64,000 bases of DNA from Lytechinus pictus (Eukaryota), in contig NC_087248.1 of assembly GCF_037042905.1 (NCBI RefSeq), positions 13,888,001 to 13,952,000 on the forward strand, in the 5' to 3' direction. Numbering within the stretch: the first letter of the stretch is position 1; each line of letters begins with the position of its first letter. A model generated the notes under the pieces. It did no database searches. It worked only from the letters and a program-made list of their open reading frames with translations, and had not been told where the DNA came from. Both the position numbers and the translations under genes were made by a program. This document shows positions 48,901 to 62,915 of the stretch, in pieces.

Positions 48901-51900
48901 AAGGCTACCACCCTCTCTTCTGCCGCCCCCAACTTTCCGGCTCATGGGCTCGCATGAGTGTGTGTGAGCGAGTTGATCTCCTCGAAATTGATACACAAAT
49001 CATACACCATGGGGCTATAAATAGCTCCATGCTTACACATTACGTTGGTCTGTTCTCTTCTGCTTCTCCAAGTTTGCGTAGTCTTCTTCACGTACCTTGC
49101 TTCCCGGATTCCCCACGCGTTCATTGTAAATACCGTCTTAGAGACCCAAATACACATTGTATCTTGCCTGTACTCATGTTATTATTTGTACTGTGTGTAT
49201 ATTTTTATGATTGCATGTGACTGTGCTTTTTAAACAAGCAAATAAAGAAGAATTAATAACTCTGGGTCTATAGCACAGAGTTCGGTCCTGTATATATATA
49301 TCCCCAGATAAAAATCACACTTTTACTGCTGAGCAATACTGAACTTCTCATTATTAAAAATCGAGATGCAAGTTTCCTTGCAGGGCTGCAAAATTAATAG
49401 CTATTTTGTCACTGTTTTTTGTTGTTGTTGAAATCTTGCCGAGTACGTCATGTCTGCCCCATCCCTCAATTTTCTCTGCTCATCATCTGCTTGTGAATTA
49501 AAATTCCAAAACGTGCTTCGATACTCGCATACACGCACTATTCGGTCTATATGTGTAGACTATACTCACGTACTTTGCATGCGATGATAATGTCCTGTGA
49601 CTGTGATGTGAACCGGTAGCTTGTGTGCAAAGCGTAAACAAGTCGCTAGCCGGCTGGCATCGGCGCTTTGAGCTTGCACGCACCGTTCGAACACTTCCCT
49701 GGTTCGACGTTTGCTTTCTCAGCTACACACATACGGGGATTTCTAGATACTGCGCATGCGCGATGACGTATTCATCAATATGCATGACGTCGTAATGAAT
49801 ATGCATTATTCGAACAGTGTTCTAAGATCAATTTATTTTTTAACCCGAGAGGGCGTCAATAGAAAGGTCCTAAGTATAAACGGTTAACCGATAAATATAT
49901 AATACATGTTTCACCCCTCAATATCATGAAAATAGAAAAGTTATGCAAGTTTTTTTTCCGTGATAAAATCGAGCAATAATATAGGTATTTAATTAATGTA
50001 ATAATTTTGAAATTGATTCATTGCCCTTTTCTGAGAACAACCAATCATACACTATACCTTTAAATTTGATTCTTTTAAAAATAGAGATTGAAAAATGAAA
50101 ATTTTGTTGCCATATTACTTTCCACCAATAGAGGGCTTTCACAAAAATATGCCCCAAATTCAAGTTTTTGAGCACTCTGGGGCCGATTGCATGAAAGGGT
50201 CTTTGCAAGGACTGTCTTTTGTGTCCCCCATTTTTATTTCAAATTTTAAAAACTCCCCGCTTATAGCACATCATAAAAGATGGGTGACATGACCCTTTCG
50301 TGCAATCGGCCCCTGGTGAGTAAAATTGTTTTCCCAGTTACTAATGAAAATTAAATTGCTATTAATGGAAATTAGTGTTTTTGGTCACAAAAGTGTTATT
50401 TTAATGATTTTTTAAAGTGTGTGTTGTCGTGTACTGCATTGGTATACCATAGTCCTACCTGTAGCTTCCCCACAGGCCGGGTAGTTGCAGTGAGCAAGTG
50501 CTCCAGTTTGGCAAATAACTTAGTTAGGTTGGCAATGAAATGTTTGACTGATTTTCTCTTTTTCTGTGGAACAAATGCTTGATTGTTTGACACTGTCAGA
50601 TTCCATTACAGCTGATCATCATATTAATTATTTTTTCTAAATCAAAAATACAGATTGAAAAATGGAAATTTTTCATGCCATATTTAACTTTCCACCAATA
50701 GAGGGCATGCACAAATGTATACCCAAAATTCAAGTTTTTGAGCCCTGGGCAATCGGTCAAGAGCTTATATTGCACCTTGAAGTGCTAACTTCACTTCAAT
50801 ATCTAGATCTACAATGTACATGTATGCTAGGAAGTTCAGCTTACTGTGCAGTTCATTACATGTTAGACCAAGGCTGGTCCAAGCTTCAGTCTCTGTTCCG
50901 CAGACACATGGGCCCGTATTCTGAAGTCGGGTTTAACTTAAACTCAGGTTTAAAGTTGTGGTTAAAGTATGGGAAGCCAAAAGTATCAAATTTTTTATTA
51001 AGTTGTATGTTTCTTATGTTTACTGTGCTCTTTCCTGATTCATCGATGGTGAAGACAATCATCTATTTATACTTCCTACACAATTATGAATAATTTGAGA
51101 GCCGAATGAGCTAAAGTATGATATCTCTACTGTTAGTGATTATGTAACAATTGGCTGTCCATACTTAAACCACAACTTTAAACCTGACTTCAGAATACGG
51201 GCCATGGGCCCGTTTCTGGAAACCAATGATAAGGAAAACATATCTATCCATTTTCTACCACCATGACCATGCATGGAGTTGGTTCATCTTAAACCTGTTT
51301 CATGATCAGGAGAGGCGCTGGTCTGAAAATGAGGATCGTCCCTGTTTTAATTACAGGGATTGTCTTTGTTTATAAATGACTTTTCCACACAAGAAATCGA
51401 GGAAAGTTTGCGGACAGGTGGCCGACACCAATCGAGCGTGCTAGTCAATGTAAACCTATCAGGTCTCATAACAGACAATAGGAAGACGGCAAGTCATAAG
51501 AAGTAGACAGGTTAACTGGGGGGGCTTTGAGGTCACATAATCTGTTTTTAGCACTCATCGATCCCTTGTAATTGCCATCTAGTTCCCCCAGGGGGAAGTG
51601 GAAAAAAAACTGTCCTCATAAACAAGGACAATCTCATTTTATCATTAACATGATTTGTCATGTGGACTACATGTATGATGATATCCTGACTTCCTGGGAC
51701 AATTCTCACTTTGTGACTGACACCTCTACTGATGAAAGGCTTCCTAACTAGAATCTCTTCATACTGATACTACCAGCAGTTCTAAAGAGCAGACAAGACA
51801 AAGCCTTTATTTATTTTCACAAAGCCAAACTGATAAAACTGCAATTATTGTGATGAATTGGGAATTATGCCTGATAGAAATAGAAGTGGAGGCAAAATAT

Positions 51901-54900
51901 GTATCATCATTCATCTAGTTAAATAATGAAGACTAGAGCATTTAAACAAGTGAAAACTATGAATAATTTATTTCATTACCGGGTACCCAAAAACCACATT
52001 TGGAAGTTGAGAAGGGTACACAAGTGAATGGAGGTAAACAAATTACAATTTTACATGTAGATTTTAACTGCAGTACAGGTCGTGGGAATTCGCTGGAGGG
52101 AGAATTTGAGAAAAAAAAACAATATTGTGAATGTCATGTTATAGATTATACTTTTTCATTTGATGGAATATAGTAATATTTTGGTATACTGTAGATGCAC
52201 TGTGGGGGGGGGGGTGCTTTAAGATATATAGAAAACTTTTTAATCAGTAGATGCAAAAGACTTATCTTTTCTATTTTCTAAATATTTTGTTCTGGTGAAG
52301 ATACATGTAGTCATTTACATGTACAATGTATTTTCTCAAGATATTAAGGTTTTCTTGTATATCTGAGACTTCTGATTGAAATCAATATTTGTTATAATTT
52401 TACATATTGAATAACTTTTATTTCCATATAGGTGCAAGGTGAGCCACAGCAAGTTGATCCCACCCACTTCATCTTCAACATTGACAACGCTGCCTCCATC
52501 AATCATGTCATTGTCTTCCTCACAGGTGCTGCAGCTTTCCCGGAGGGTACAGGAGCGGCGGTCCACTTCGGCCAGCCCAGCCCCACCGGAATGACGTGGC
52601 ACAACCTGGGTTACATCTCCAATGAGAAACCCAGTGTTATCTTTAAGATATCGGGACTAAAAAATAGTGAGTATTCAAGATTCTCGCTTTGCTTTTGAAT
52701 CAGTACTGATTGATTGTCTTGAAATAAAGGGCACAATGTAAAGCAAGTTTCCTGAACATACATTTAGGCATTGTGTATAAATTTGAAGATAAACAAATAC
52801 AGAGCACTGTTTCTCTCTAAAGCCATTCAGATATTTCCTCTTTGAAAATTATCACAATCAAATTTTTGAACTATTGCAATAGGAGGGAATAAAAGAGATT
52901 TCTCACAAATACATTTAATCTAATCTTGACTAGAAAGAGGTAATACATATTTTGAAATAATGAAATAATAGAATTTCAATTATAAATACAGTTACATGTA
53001 GTATCTCCTAATAAATAATTTTTCAGCCCCACCCCCCCCCCCCCCCAATAAAAACAAAATGAATAAATAAATAAATAAATTTTAAAAAATGAATGAATGA
53101 ATGAATGAATAAATGAAATAAAAATACATTAATGAAAAATAAATAAATGGGTATTAGCAGCTTAGCCGCTCTCTATTCAATTGCAAATCTCCAAGTTTAT
53201 CAGACCTTTTTCATAGTGATGATAGACTGTTTTAATAGCATGTTAATCGTTATGGGGTGCTGTTTTTATAACCAACAAGTAACTTTGTGCTCTTCTCATC
53301 CCTAGTGCAATCAACACCAAACAACTTCTTTACACAAGCACAACAGGCCAATGCACTGCTCCCCTCCACTTCAGCCCATATAGGGATTGCTGTTGAGCCT
53401 CTGACAGAGTTGAAGCAGCAAACACCTGCAGCAAATACACAAGTATGTATTCCTGGGAAGGGTTTCATCAACATTTGTCATCCGACAAGTTGTCAGCTCT
53501 GAAAACTTTCCTTGGTTTTGATTGGCTTATAGGCACTGTTACTATGGTATTACTATTAGATAAAATGGCACTTGTTGGATAAAACATCAGACATGTCCTT
53601 TTGTGAAACACTTACCAGATCTTTATGAGTGAAATATTGGCAGCCCTCCATGAAGCAATCATGGTCAGATTTGTTTTTTGTTTCAATACATTAATAATGT
53701 ATTGAATCACAAGGTGAGGTTTAAAACACAACTTTCAGTTCATAATCCTGAGTAGCGATGATCTCATTCAGTATTGATCTCCAATTCTGATACTGTTTAG
53801 GGTTTGCAATATTTGATTAACCCTAAAAGGACTGGGCTGTTTGAGATGTATTGAGGACTGGGGGGGGGGGGGGGGGGTCCATGATGATCTCGGCCGTCGT
53901 TCGCGCGATCGTGCTGAAATCTTTACCACATAAACTACAAGCGAGTATAAAAAAAAATGCTGGAAATAATTATTTTTTATTTATTATGAATAAAATATGC
54001 AAATTTATTCATGAAAAACATCATTTGCCTATCTAACACCCAGTTTCACTTCAAATTTTCTTCTTTTTTTTCAATGGAAATTATTACAGACCATTTAACA
54101 ACTAAATTAAACCCTAAATTCATTAAGCAGACCAATTAGAACGATAAATAATCACTGTCTTATGAATTTCATCTCCCATAGACTTTGTACACAAAGTATA
54201 AAAATGAGCCATTTTCGGCATGACATCGTCTCGTAAAAAGTCACGGGACGTTGCGATGCTATATCCGTATGTCGCGTATTTGGTCTCAATAGTTGTGCGA
54301 GACTTCAAAGAAAAAAAGTCATAAAATTATACGGCGCTATCTTTTTTTTGTTTCGGAAATATCGCGCGAAGCGTCGAGGGGGGGCCTCATGGCCCCCCCC
54401 CCCCCAGTCCTTTTAGGGTTAAAGCACAATTGGCTGAGCATCCGCATATATCTTTGAGATTGATTAGGCCCTCATTGATATTTATTGCACAGGAACTATT
54501 TTACCCACTTTTTTGCATTCAAAAGTACATCGTGCTCTGAAGCCAATTTTAAAATTTACAGGTGCTCTTTTGTAACTTAAAAGGCTTTTTTTTGTTGTTA
54601 CATTTTGAAGGTGAATCTCCCTTTGCCCAGTGTATTCTTGCGGACATCTGGAGCCTGTTTTATAGAGGACTTACAACTGTTGTAACTTTGTAATTATGGC
54701 AACTACCATGGTAACATGGCTCAGTAGCCAATCATAATCAATGTTACCATGGTAGTTGCCACGATGGCAAAGTTACAACAGTTGTAACTCTTTATGGAAC
54801 GGGCCCCTGGTGTTTCTGTTTATAATGATATTGACAGTATGGATTTTTATGCAAACTTAGTCTCATTTTTTTTTTTCAAACAGGCATCAAATGTAGAATC

Positions 54901-55084
54901 CTTTGTACAATTCACCCAGAAGATGCTGGAGAACTTCTACAACTACGCCTCTTCTTTCGCCATCAGCCAAGATCAGATGACCCCTCAACCAGGCATCCAG
55001 TACCTTCCCGCTGATGTCCTTACCAAGTGGTATGAAACCTTCCAGAGAAGACTCACGCAAGATCCAAACTTCTGGAAGAAATGA
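33929..55084 (+). CDS. HIKESHI: Protein Hikeshi (Hsp70 nuclear import carrier, OPI10/DUF775 family); join(33929..33958,52432..52666,53306..53442,54884..55084), 200 aa
   Basis: Exons translate [10 protein letters not shown] / [13 protein letters not shown]...[10 protein letters not shown]...[19 protein letters not shown] / ...[10 protein letters not shown]...QQTP / ...[16 protein letters not shown]...[19 protein letters not shown]. All introns are GT-AG, phases are consistent, total 603 nt. Confidence 0.95.
34652..34819 (+). pseudogene. Orphan first exon of a RecQ-like SF2 helicase (probably transposon-borne, AcademH-like)
   Basis: LKPDQREAL (Q-motif-like), [11 protein letters not shown] (Walker A). 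Ends at possible donor AAG|gt. No downstream helicase exons recognised. Confidence 0.65.
37255..37641 (-). pseudogene. zf-AD-like C4 zinc-finger N-terminal fragment, probably transposon-derived
   Basis: CCNC...(~46 aa)...ICDRC followed by a helix and a basic NLS-like RKKRRR. Convergent with the helicase exon. Confidence 0.45.
38844..39329. mobile_element. MITE with CCCGG(G)n termini
   Basis: ggccacttacattgacgagtggataccatgcgcgacca / tggtcgcgcatggtatccactcgtcaatggaagtggcc. Confidence 0.8.
40537..41642 (+). mobile_element. HINE/pearl-like element, copy 2
   Basis: Near-identical to 11171-12286. Confidence 0.8.
43279..44091. mobile_element. Non-autonomous DNA transposon with 4-bp TSD (Sola-like)
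   Basis: gaaga...ttgcaaaaggggttaggtcca / tggacctaaccccttttgcaa...tcttc, TSD AAAT. The motif aaggggttaggtcca is repeated internally. Confidence 0.7.
50910..51203. mobile_element. Harbinger-like MITE (other copies ~55963-56735 and ~56949-57256)
   Basis: TIRs ggcccgtattctgaagtc / gacttcagaatacgggcc. Confidence 0.7.
52432..52666 (+). CDS. HIKESHI: Hikeshi coding exon 2
   Basis: Acceptor tttccatatag|, donor A|gtgagt. Contains [10 protein letters not shown] and [10 protein letters not shown]. Confidence 0.93.
53306..53442 (+). CDS. HIKESHI: Hikeshi coding exon 3
   Basis: Acceptor ctcatccctag|, donor CAA|gtatgt. Contains [10 protein letters not shown]. Confidence 0.9.
53821..54418. mobile_element. 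Non-autonomous piggyBac-like element
   Basis: TTAA|ccctaaaaggactggg ... cccagtccttttaggg|TTAA. Confidence 0.85.
54884..55084 (+). CDS. HIKESHI: Hikeshi coding exon 4 (terminal)
   Basis: Poly-T acceptor ...aaacag|. [16 protein letters not shown]...QDPNFWKK then stop. Confidence 0.93.
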   Translation, partial: ASNVESFVQFTQKMLENFYNYASSFAISQDQMTPQPGIQYLPADVLTKWYETFQRRLTQDPNFWKK

Positions 55085-57917
55085 GATGAAAATTGTACAA
55101 CAGCGGTCATACTGACGCTCATGTGCATGCAAAAATGCTGAAATGCTAGACTACATGTATCAGACTTTTGAACTAAAGCATTTAATCATACTTTGCCAGT
55201 CTACATGTATCAGAATTTCAGGGTCAGTATTTCATCGTCCTTTGCTTTGAAAGAGAGAAAGGTAGTAGAAACGAGTGAGGTCCTGAAGATCAAATTTCTG
55301 ACTGCAGACTTACGATGTGCGCACGTCTCAGGAAGTCAGATGGCATGAAGGGCATCACCTCTTAACCAAGGTCATGTGGGGCTATTGCTTCGAGGACAAA
55401 GATCCTTGCTTTGCTTTTAAGAGAGCAGTGAAGATGGATGCATCACTGTAGTTTGACACAAAGCAAGAGCAAAACATGAAATTTTCTGATTTAAAGATGG
55501 CATTTTATTGAAAGCAAATGCGCAGAAATAAGAGTTTCATGCATGGAAACAAGCAATGCTATGCATGTGGACAGGCTATACGCAGAGGAAGTTTGATCTA
55601 GTTACAAACTGACAGAGAAAATCATAATGATGTTGCATATATATCACTGCATGTAAAACATGTTTATAAGCTTTGAACCAAAGACAGAAAGTGAGCTTTT
55701 TGAAAGATAGCGTATGATTACCAAATGAAGAAAATACTTTAACCTTAGTCATACTCTACATGTAGTTAATTGTTCTCTGTTCAAGTACTTCCATTGGCAG
55801 TGGAATGAATTTAATGTCATAATAGCTGGTACATGGACATGTATTGGACATAAAAATGTTGCATTCTAGAATAAATGAAGCAGGGACTGTTTGAGTAATT
55901 TTAGACTCCAGTTAATGTCATTTAATGAGGCTGTGGTACTCTAAATTAAACATACATGTATTGGCCCGTATTCTGAACTCAAGCCTAATTAAAACTTTGA
56001 TCTCATGTTGTGGTTTAACTATGGATAGCCAATTGAGATGCAAAAATTTAAACAGTAAAGGTTCAATTTTAATATCAGCTCATTTGACACTCAATTCATT
56101 CAAAATTTCTAGACAAGTAAAATAGGGTGTTTTTTCACCACTAAGAGCATTCAGGAAAAGCAAAGAAATAAGAAAAATAAGAATGCAATGTGAACAACAT
56201 GTTAACATTCTCAGCTTCCCATAATCTTGGCACAAAGTTGGACCATAGCTAACTAAAGTGATGGTTCGTGGAGGCTCTGTTTTGCTATTGCATATTCATT
56301 TATCAGATCCTGATCTATAGGAATACTCATAAATATTCAAGATCTTGAGCTGCAATCCCAGCATATGCACAATTTTGCGTTTACGATGTTTTGAAATCGG
56401 CAGTGAATTGATATGTGTGAGGAAATTGCTACTGTCTCTAAATCACCAATTTTGAGAGTGATCGGAGGATGGACACGGAGTGAAATTAGAATGAAATGTA
56501 GGCCTAATGAAATGTAAGAATATTTGTTGTGTACCAATTGTAAGGTCATTTTGTTACATGAGTTTTATGTTTTCCCCATATAAAATGACACCTTTGTCAC
56601 TTGGAGTATCAGAGCAAGTTATTCATTTTGAGGGTTCTGGTAGGTGTAGCAGTGGTAAAGTGTAGTGGAGCATCAAGAATCTACACTCGAGGTAGACCGT
56701 AGCCTAAGTTAAACTGGACTTCAGAATTCGGGCCAGTGGCTGCTGGTACTCGATTTTGATTGGAAGTATCATTAGCAGCAGACTTGGATGATATAATGAT
56801 TATTTATTTGCTCTTGTAATGCTAAATATTGCTACCATATCACCTTTATACTGTTACTCCCAGAGGTAGGTGTCACAATGTATGCAAGTGATAGTATTTT
56901 CATCAGAACAGAGGGTTGTAACACCATGGACCTACTAGCAAACACAAAGGCCCATATTCTGAAGTTAGGTTTAAATTAAACTCTGGTTTTAAGTTGTGGT
57001 TTACTATGGATAGCCAATTGTGGCATAAATCTTTAATGTTAAAAGGTTCGATGTATCAGCTCATTTGGCTCTCAAATCATTCTTAACTGCCTGGGAAGGG
57101 TAAATAAGATAGTCTACATTCAAGAATTAGAAAGAAAAAAACAGTGAACATAAGAAAGATACAATGTAAACAACTTCGGACATTTTGGCTTCCCATAATT
57201 TTAGCACATAGTTTATAGACCAGGGTCTAATGAAACCCGACTTCAGAATACGGGCCAAAGGGTTGTAACACAATCAATATTCGCAGTTGATTGTAAGGTT
57301 TTGAACATGGTTTGTTTTAGACTTAAATATGGCTACTTTATATATTGAATGCACATCTTTTGTGATTCAGGGCCCAGTGTTTTGAAGCCAATGTTGTATA
57401 AATTCTCTGTTCCATATTTGAAATAGGAAGACTTGATTTTGAGCTGCTCTCGATTTCAACTGATTCCTATCCTGCTCTCCGCTAATCTAATGATCGGGAT
57501 TTCAGATCTGATAGTGGAACAGGGGTTTAATCCTCAGGCACCCATACAGAGTTAACATAAAAATTCACTTTTAGGCAAGTCTGTAGAGTGTAAGATGTAT
57601 CAATTAATTAGAAGTTGCCTAAATCAGGCGAAGCTATGTATATGTCTTATGAACACTTTTTATTATTATTTCTTACACAGAAGGTTGAAAAGTGAGACTA
57701 AAAATGTAATCAAGGTGTGGTATTTGATATGAGTGTATATATTCTAGTTGGGGAAAAGTGCATTAACAACATCCTTTTTGTTTGGTATGAATATTAATTC
57801 ACATTCTTAAGAAATCTGTACCAAAAGTGAATTGAAAAAGTCCTATTTTAAATTTTACACCCATTTTCAGGGGGTGCTGCCTATGATGTATAACATACAC
57901 AGCGCTCCCTACCTGTA

Positions 57918-58135
57918 GTAATAATAATGATATTAATAATAATACAAACATTTGTAATGCGCCGCCAGGTATCCATCATAAAAAGATGCTCATGGTGCAA
58001 TACGAGAAGAAAAAGAAAATTGAAAACCTCTAAATAAGGGGGAAGTAAAGCTTGTGTGAATAACCAGGTTTTCAGAGAACTTTTGAAAGTGGTGAGACTA
58101 GAAATATTGCGGATGTCTTTTGGAAGTTGGAAGGT
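57918..58135 (-). mobile_element. 3' end fragment of an L2/CR1-type LINE
   Basis: Minus strand encodes LPKDIRNISSLTTFKSSLKTWLF (typical ORF2 C-terminus), followed by a short 3' UTR and (TAT)n tail. Confidence 0.7.
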
Positions 58136-58314
58136 TTGGATTTAGTCGAATTGTGAGAACTTTTGAAAATGGTGAGACTAGAAATATTGCGGATGTCTTT
58201 TGGAAGTTGGAAGGTTTGGATGTAGTCGAATTGTGAGAACTTTTGAAAATGGTGAGACTAGAAATATTGCGGATGTCTTTTGGAAGTTGGAAGGTTTGGA
58301 TGTAGTCGAATTGT
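58075..58314. repeat. 3 x 80-bp tandem repeat
   Basis: Units at 58075, 58155 and 58235, nearly identical. Confidence 0.9.
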
Positions 58315-59382
58315 GCTTCCTCGGGCCAAGGTAACAAGGTACTGTACAATCTGCCAGAGGAAATCAAGTTTCTTTCATCTAAACTAAACTTGCACGGTTT
58401 TCTTGTAAGATTTTAAGTGACAAGTGTAAAAAAAAATGTCATTCCTGTATAGAATGGGAAGAGTTAGGTAGAGCTCATTGTTAGTCTGCAGGCACAGACC
58501 CTGATTGAAACTTTGATCAACAAGTGGGTCTCCATGCAAAGACTAGCACATTCAAATACTGTTTCAGGGCCTTCAGTACACAAGGCTATGCAATTCGAGT
58601 CAAGGGTTTGCACAGCAGACTAGCTCACTGTAGGGCCTTTGCCTTTCCCTCTTGTAATTCTACATCTGTAATGCACTAATACTGTGCTTTAATCCTTTGT
58701 TTTATATTCCATGGTGTGTCTGTTTTTATTATTTGGTTGGTATAGGGGTGGGGTAAACTTACACCTTAAAACATATTATCTTAAACTATTCATGACAAGG
58801 TAACATAGAACATTTTTCGTAAAATTATTTTGGTAAGTGCTTGGGTTATACATGTATTTTTTTCTAAAGTTGCATGTGTTGGATATTGTATTTTTTGCAT
58901 GAAATTGAAACAAGAATACTAATAAAATTCACAGTACTTTTATCATTTATACCAATTCATTTGCAACTCGATTATTCCTGCAAAAGTGTCTGCATAATTA
59001 TGAAAAATATATTTATATTTTTTATTTTAGTTTTACATAAGGAGGTGCTGTAGATAGTGAATATTATGAAAATTGTATAATAATTTTACTCAGATCTCTT
59101 TGGTCTTCGGATATTCCACGATTCGATTAGGCATGTTAAGGCCCCGGCTGGTTAAGGCCACCGCACACCTACATGTACGACTGTTCGCGAACCGATTTTG
59201 GAACAAATCGCATTTTGCTCATTTTGTAAAAATGTGAATGGACCATATCATTTTATTTGAGGTTAAAATTAATTGAAAGAATACTAATATAACCATTTTG
59301 AAAGATTGCAAGCGTTTATTTTGGAGTAAAGGCCAAACCAGTTTCAAATCGTAGCCAGTAGGACTAGCTGCTATGACGTACG

Positions 59383-62300
59383 CATGGGCGGAAATCCCAG
59401 GGGGGACGTGTCCCCCCTACCAAAAATAGAAGGGGGGACACAATATCAAATGTCCCCCCTACTATTTTTGGTCTTTTATGATGGAGAAAAATGCATCATT
59501 CACATTCGAAATAATACATGTATTTTGGACTAAATGACCTTAGATTTTGGGTGAAAACCTTCTTTTTTTTTGGGGGGGGGGGCTTGTCAAATTTTCCAGA
59601 GTGACTAAAATAAGATGAGGGGAAGACTGGAAAATAAAAAGAATCTTTCATGTCACTATATGAAATTTTCGCTCGCGCTCGCATTGCCTGTCAGGTGATT
59701 TTTCAATATGGAGCTTAAATATCAAGTTTGGAAGTCAATATACATTACACATTTCACCTCGGAAATCAAACTTTCATTATTTTGTGTGATTTACAAACTG
59801 ATTTTTAAAAAGTGCTCTGTAAAAGTGACGCTTCATGGTCTGAATATTGACATTTTTTGCTCGCACTGAGCGCTCGCAAATTTCGATTTATTAAGTACCT
59901 ATTATTTTTGTGTATTCCATTTAGTTTGGAAAAAATCAAGTCTGATTGTCAAAACGTATCAGATAGCGCTGGCTACTCGCTCGCATTTTAATTGGCCATT
60001 TATGTATGTCTCAATATTGATTTTCATGACAGTTTATCAAAGATTTTGCGCTCGCATTAATGGTTAAAAAATATTTTGACTGATGCATTCTATTCATAAT
60101 TACAAAATTGCTTGAAATGTCCACTTTTCAGGCCATAATATCATCAGATTTCTCGATGATATCTGATGATATTATGGCCTGAAAACTTGACATTTCAAGC
60201 AATTTTGTAATTATAGGCATTGATAAATAAGATATTAATAATTTAACGATTAAACTGTCCCTCATTTTTTGTTTCATCTCGCGCTTAATTAGCAAGAGGA
60301 ATAGGAAGATAGTCATCATTTTCATATGACATGTCCCAAGGATGTCCCGGTCCTATGTCAAAACTCAAATAACAATGAAAAATATCAGCTCTTTATTAAG
60401 TGCGATCCATATCCACCTCACAATTTTCCTACAAAGTGCTTGAAATATATAGCTGAAATTGACTCTTTTTTCAGATTTTTCATGATAAAAGAGGTGTAGA
60501 ATGCCTAGATTCTAGGTCTAAATCTGAAACACTCGCATGTTTATTCAGATATTCAACTTGTGCTCTATTTAAATCATTATCCAGTTTCAGATCACAATAT
60601 CAAAAATGTTCTGCTCGCGCTTTGTGCTCGCATTATTAATGTAGAAAAATCTCCTATTACTCATCCTTTTCATGATTTACAAAACATGAAATAGAGTGTC
60701 CCGTTTTTGTCTCACCTGCATAGCAGAGTGAGACTATAGGCGCCGCTTTTCCGACGGCGACGGCGACGGCGGCGTCAACACCAAATCTTAACCTTAGGTT
60801 AAGTTTTTGAAATGACAGTATAACTTAGAAAGTATATAGACCTAGTTCATGAAACTTGGCCATAAGGTTAATCAAGTATTACTGAACATCCTGCCTGAGT
60901 TTCATGTCACATGACCAAGGTCAAAGGTCATTTAGGGCCAATGAACTTAGACCATGTTGGGGGAATCAACATCAAAATCTTAACCTAAGGTTAAGTTTTT
61001 GAAATGTCATCATAACTTAGAAAATATATGGACCTAGTTCATGAAACTTGGCCATAAGGTTAATCAAGTATTACTGAACATCCTGCCTGAGTTTCATGTC
61101 ACATGACCAAGGTCAAAGGTCATTTAGGGTCAATGAACTTAGACCATGTTGGGGGAATCAACATCAAAATCTTAACCTAAGGTTAAGTTTTTGAAATGTC
61201 ATCATAACTTAGAAAATATATGGACCTAGTTCATGAAACTTATACATAAGGTTAATCAAGTATCACTGAACATCCTGCATGAGTTTCACGTCACATGACC
61301 AAGGTCAAAGGTCATTTAGGGTCAATGAACTTTGGCCGAATTGGGGGTATCTGTTGAATTACCATCATAACTTTGATAGTTTATGGATCTGATTCATGAA
61401 ACTTGGACATAATAGTAATCAAGTATTACTGAACATCCTGTGCAAGTTTCAGGTCACATGATCAAGGTCAAAGGTCATTTAGGGTCAATGAACTTTGGCC
61501 AAATTGGGGTATTTGTTGAATTACAGCCATAAATTTGAAAGTGTGTTGGTCTAGTTCATAAAACTTGGACATAATAGTAATCAAGTATCACTGAACATCC
61601 TGTGCGAGTTTCAGGTCACATGATCAAGGTCAAAGGTCATGTAAGGTCAAAGAACTTTGGCCACGTTGGGGGTATTTGTTGAATTGCCATCATATCTCTA
61701 TAAGTGTATTGGTCTAGTTCATAAAACGTGGAAATAAGAGTAACCAAGTATCACTGAACATCTTGTGCGAGTTATAGTAGTTTTCAGAATCAGCACTGCT
61801 GCTATATTGAATCGCGTGATGCAGGTGAGACGGCCAGAGGCATTCCACTTGTTAGGGCTAAATCTCGAATTTTTCTGCTCGCGCTTCGCTTGCATCAATT
61901 GGTTAGTTATATAGCTACTCTGTTCACGATTACGAAAATTGATTAAAATTTTCGATTCTTTTTGTAGAAATGTCAACAATTTTCAGCTCGCGATTCGCGC
62001 TAGCATTATTTGATTGTTGAAATATGTAACGTCTTCATGGCTGAGTGCAAGCAGTCCTTAACAAGTACCTTTTCGATCAGTTCAAATAAAAAAAAACATT
62101 TCAGGCTGCACTATGCACTCGCATTATTAATGTAAGGACCGGGTGTAAGGAAGGCCCCCATCAATTACTCATCCTTTTCATGATTTACAAAACATGAATA
62201 GAGTGTCTCGTTCTTATGTCTAAATCTCAAAATTTTCCGGTCGCGCTTCGCGTTCGCATCAATTGTTTTAGTTATATACCTATTATATATGTTTCAGTTA

Positions 62301-62812
62301 CAAAAAGTGCTTAGAATTTCCATTCTTAAGGCAAAAATTTCAAAAAAAATTTTAGCTCGCGCTTCGCGCTCGCATTATTTGATTGTTGAAATATGTAACG
62401 TATTCATGGCTAACATTTTCCATCGGTTAACATCTGCTCGCACTTCGCGTTCGAAGTAAATATGTAGTTGCATATACATCTTTTTCAGGATAACAAACAT
62501 TGCCCAGAATGTTCAAATTTTAGGAAAAAATACATAAAATTCCCCCCCAAAAAAAAAAAAAAAAAAAATTGCTCGCGCTTCGCGCTCGCATTATATTATA
62601 TATTTATGTTGAATTATAAGAATAAAGCTAAAAAGTGGCCATGAGGACTACTCCTTCAATGAAACAAACAAAAATCATCTTCGAGCGGCCGATCGGGGAT
62701 TAACATATCTATGGCTGAAAAAAAATTCGCCCCCCCCCCCCATTGGCGAAGGCTAGCTGGATCCGCCCCTGTTGTCCCCCCCCCTACCTTTTGGGACAGA
62801 TTTCCGCCCATG
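59383..62812. mobile_element. 3.4-kb non-autonomous hAT-like element with nested insertions
   Basis: TIRs catgggcggaaatc / gatttccgcccatg, 8-bp TSD GACGTACG at 59375-59382 and 62813-62820. Contains HINE copy 3 and many gctcgcgcttcgcgctcgc motifs. Confidence 0.85.
60705..61853 (+). mobile_element. HINE/pearl-like element, copy 3 (different internal unit composition)
   Basis: Same termini, with an early internal unit duplicated. Inserted without a TSD into the T-run of gagtgtcccgtttt|ag (empty-site-like sequence near 28877). Confidence 0.8.
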
Positions 62813-62915
62813 GACGTACGTTTTTTTTTTTCTGTTTCTGTTTCATTAAACCTAAATATTAAATTCGCTTTTATTCTAAGGATGATAGCATTGTCACAGA
62901 TTTGAACATATATAG

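Noticed and set aside
58075-58314. CRISPR-like appearance of tandem repeats (also the HINE units)
   Set aside because: Head-to-tail units with no unique spacers, no cas genes, eukaryotic context.
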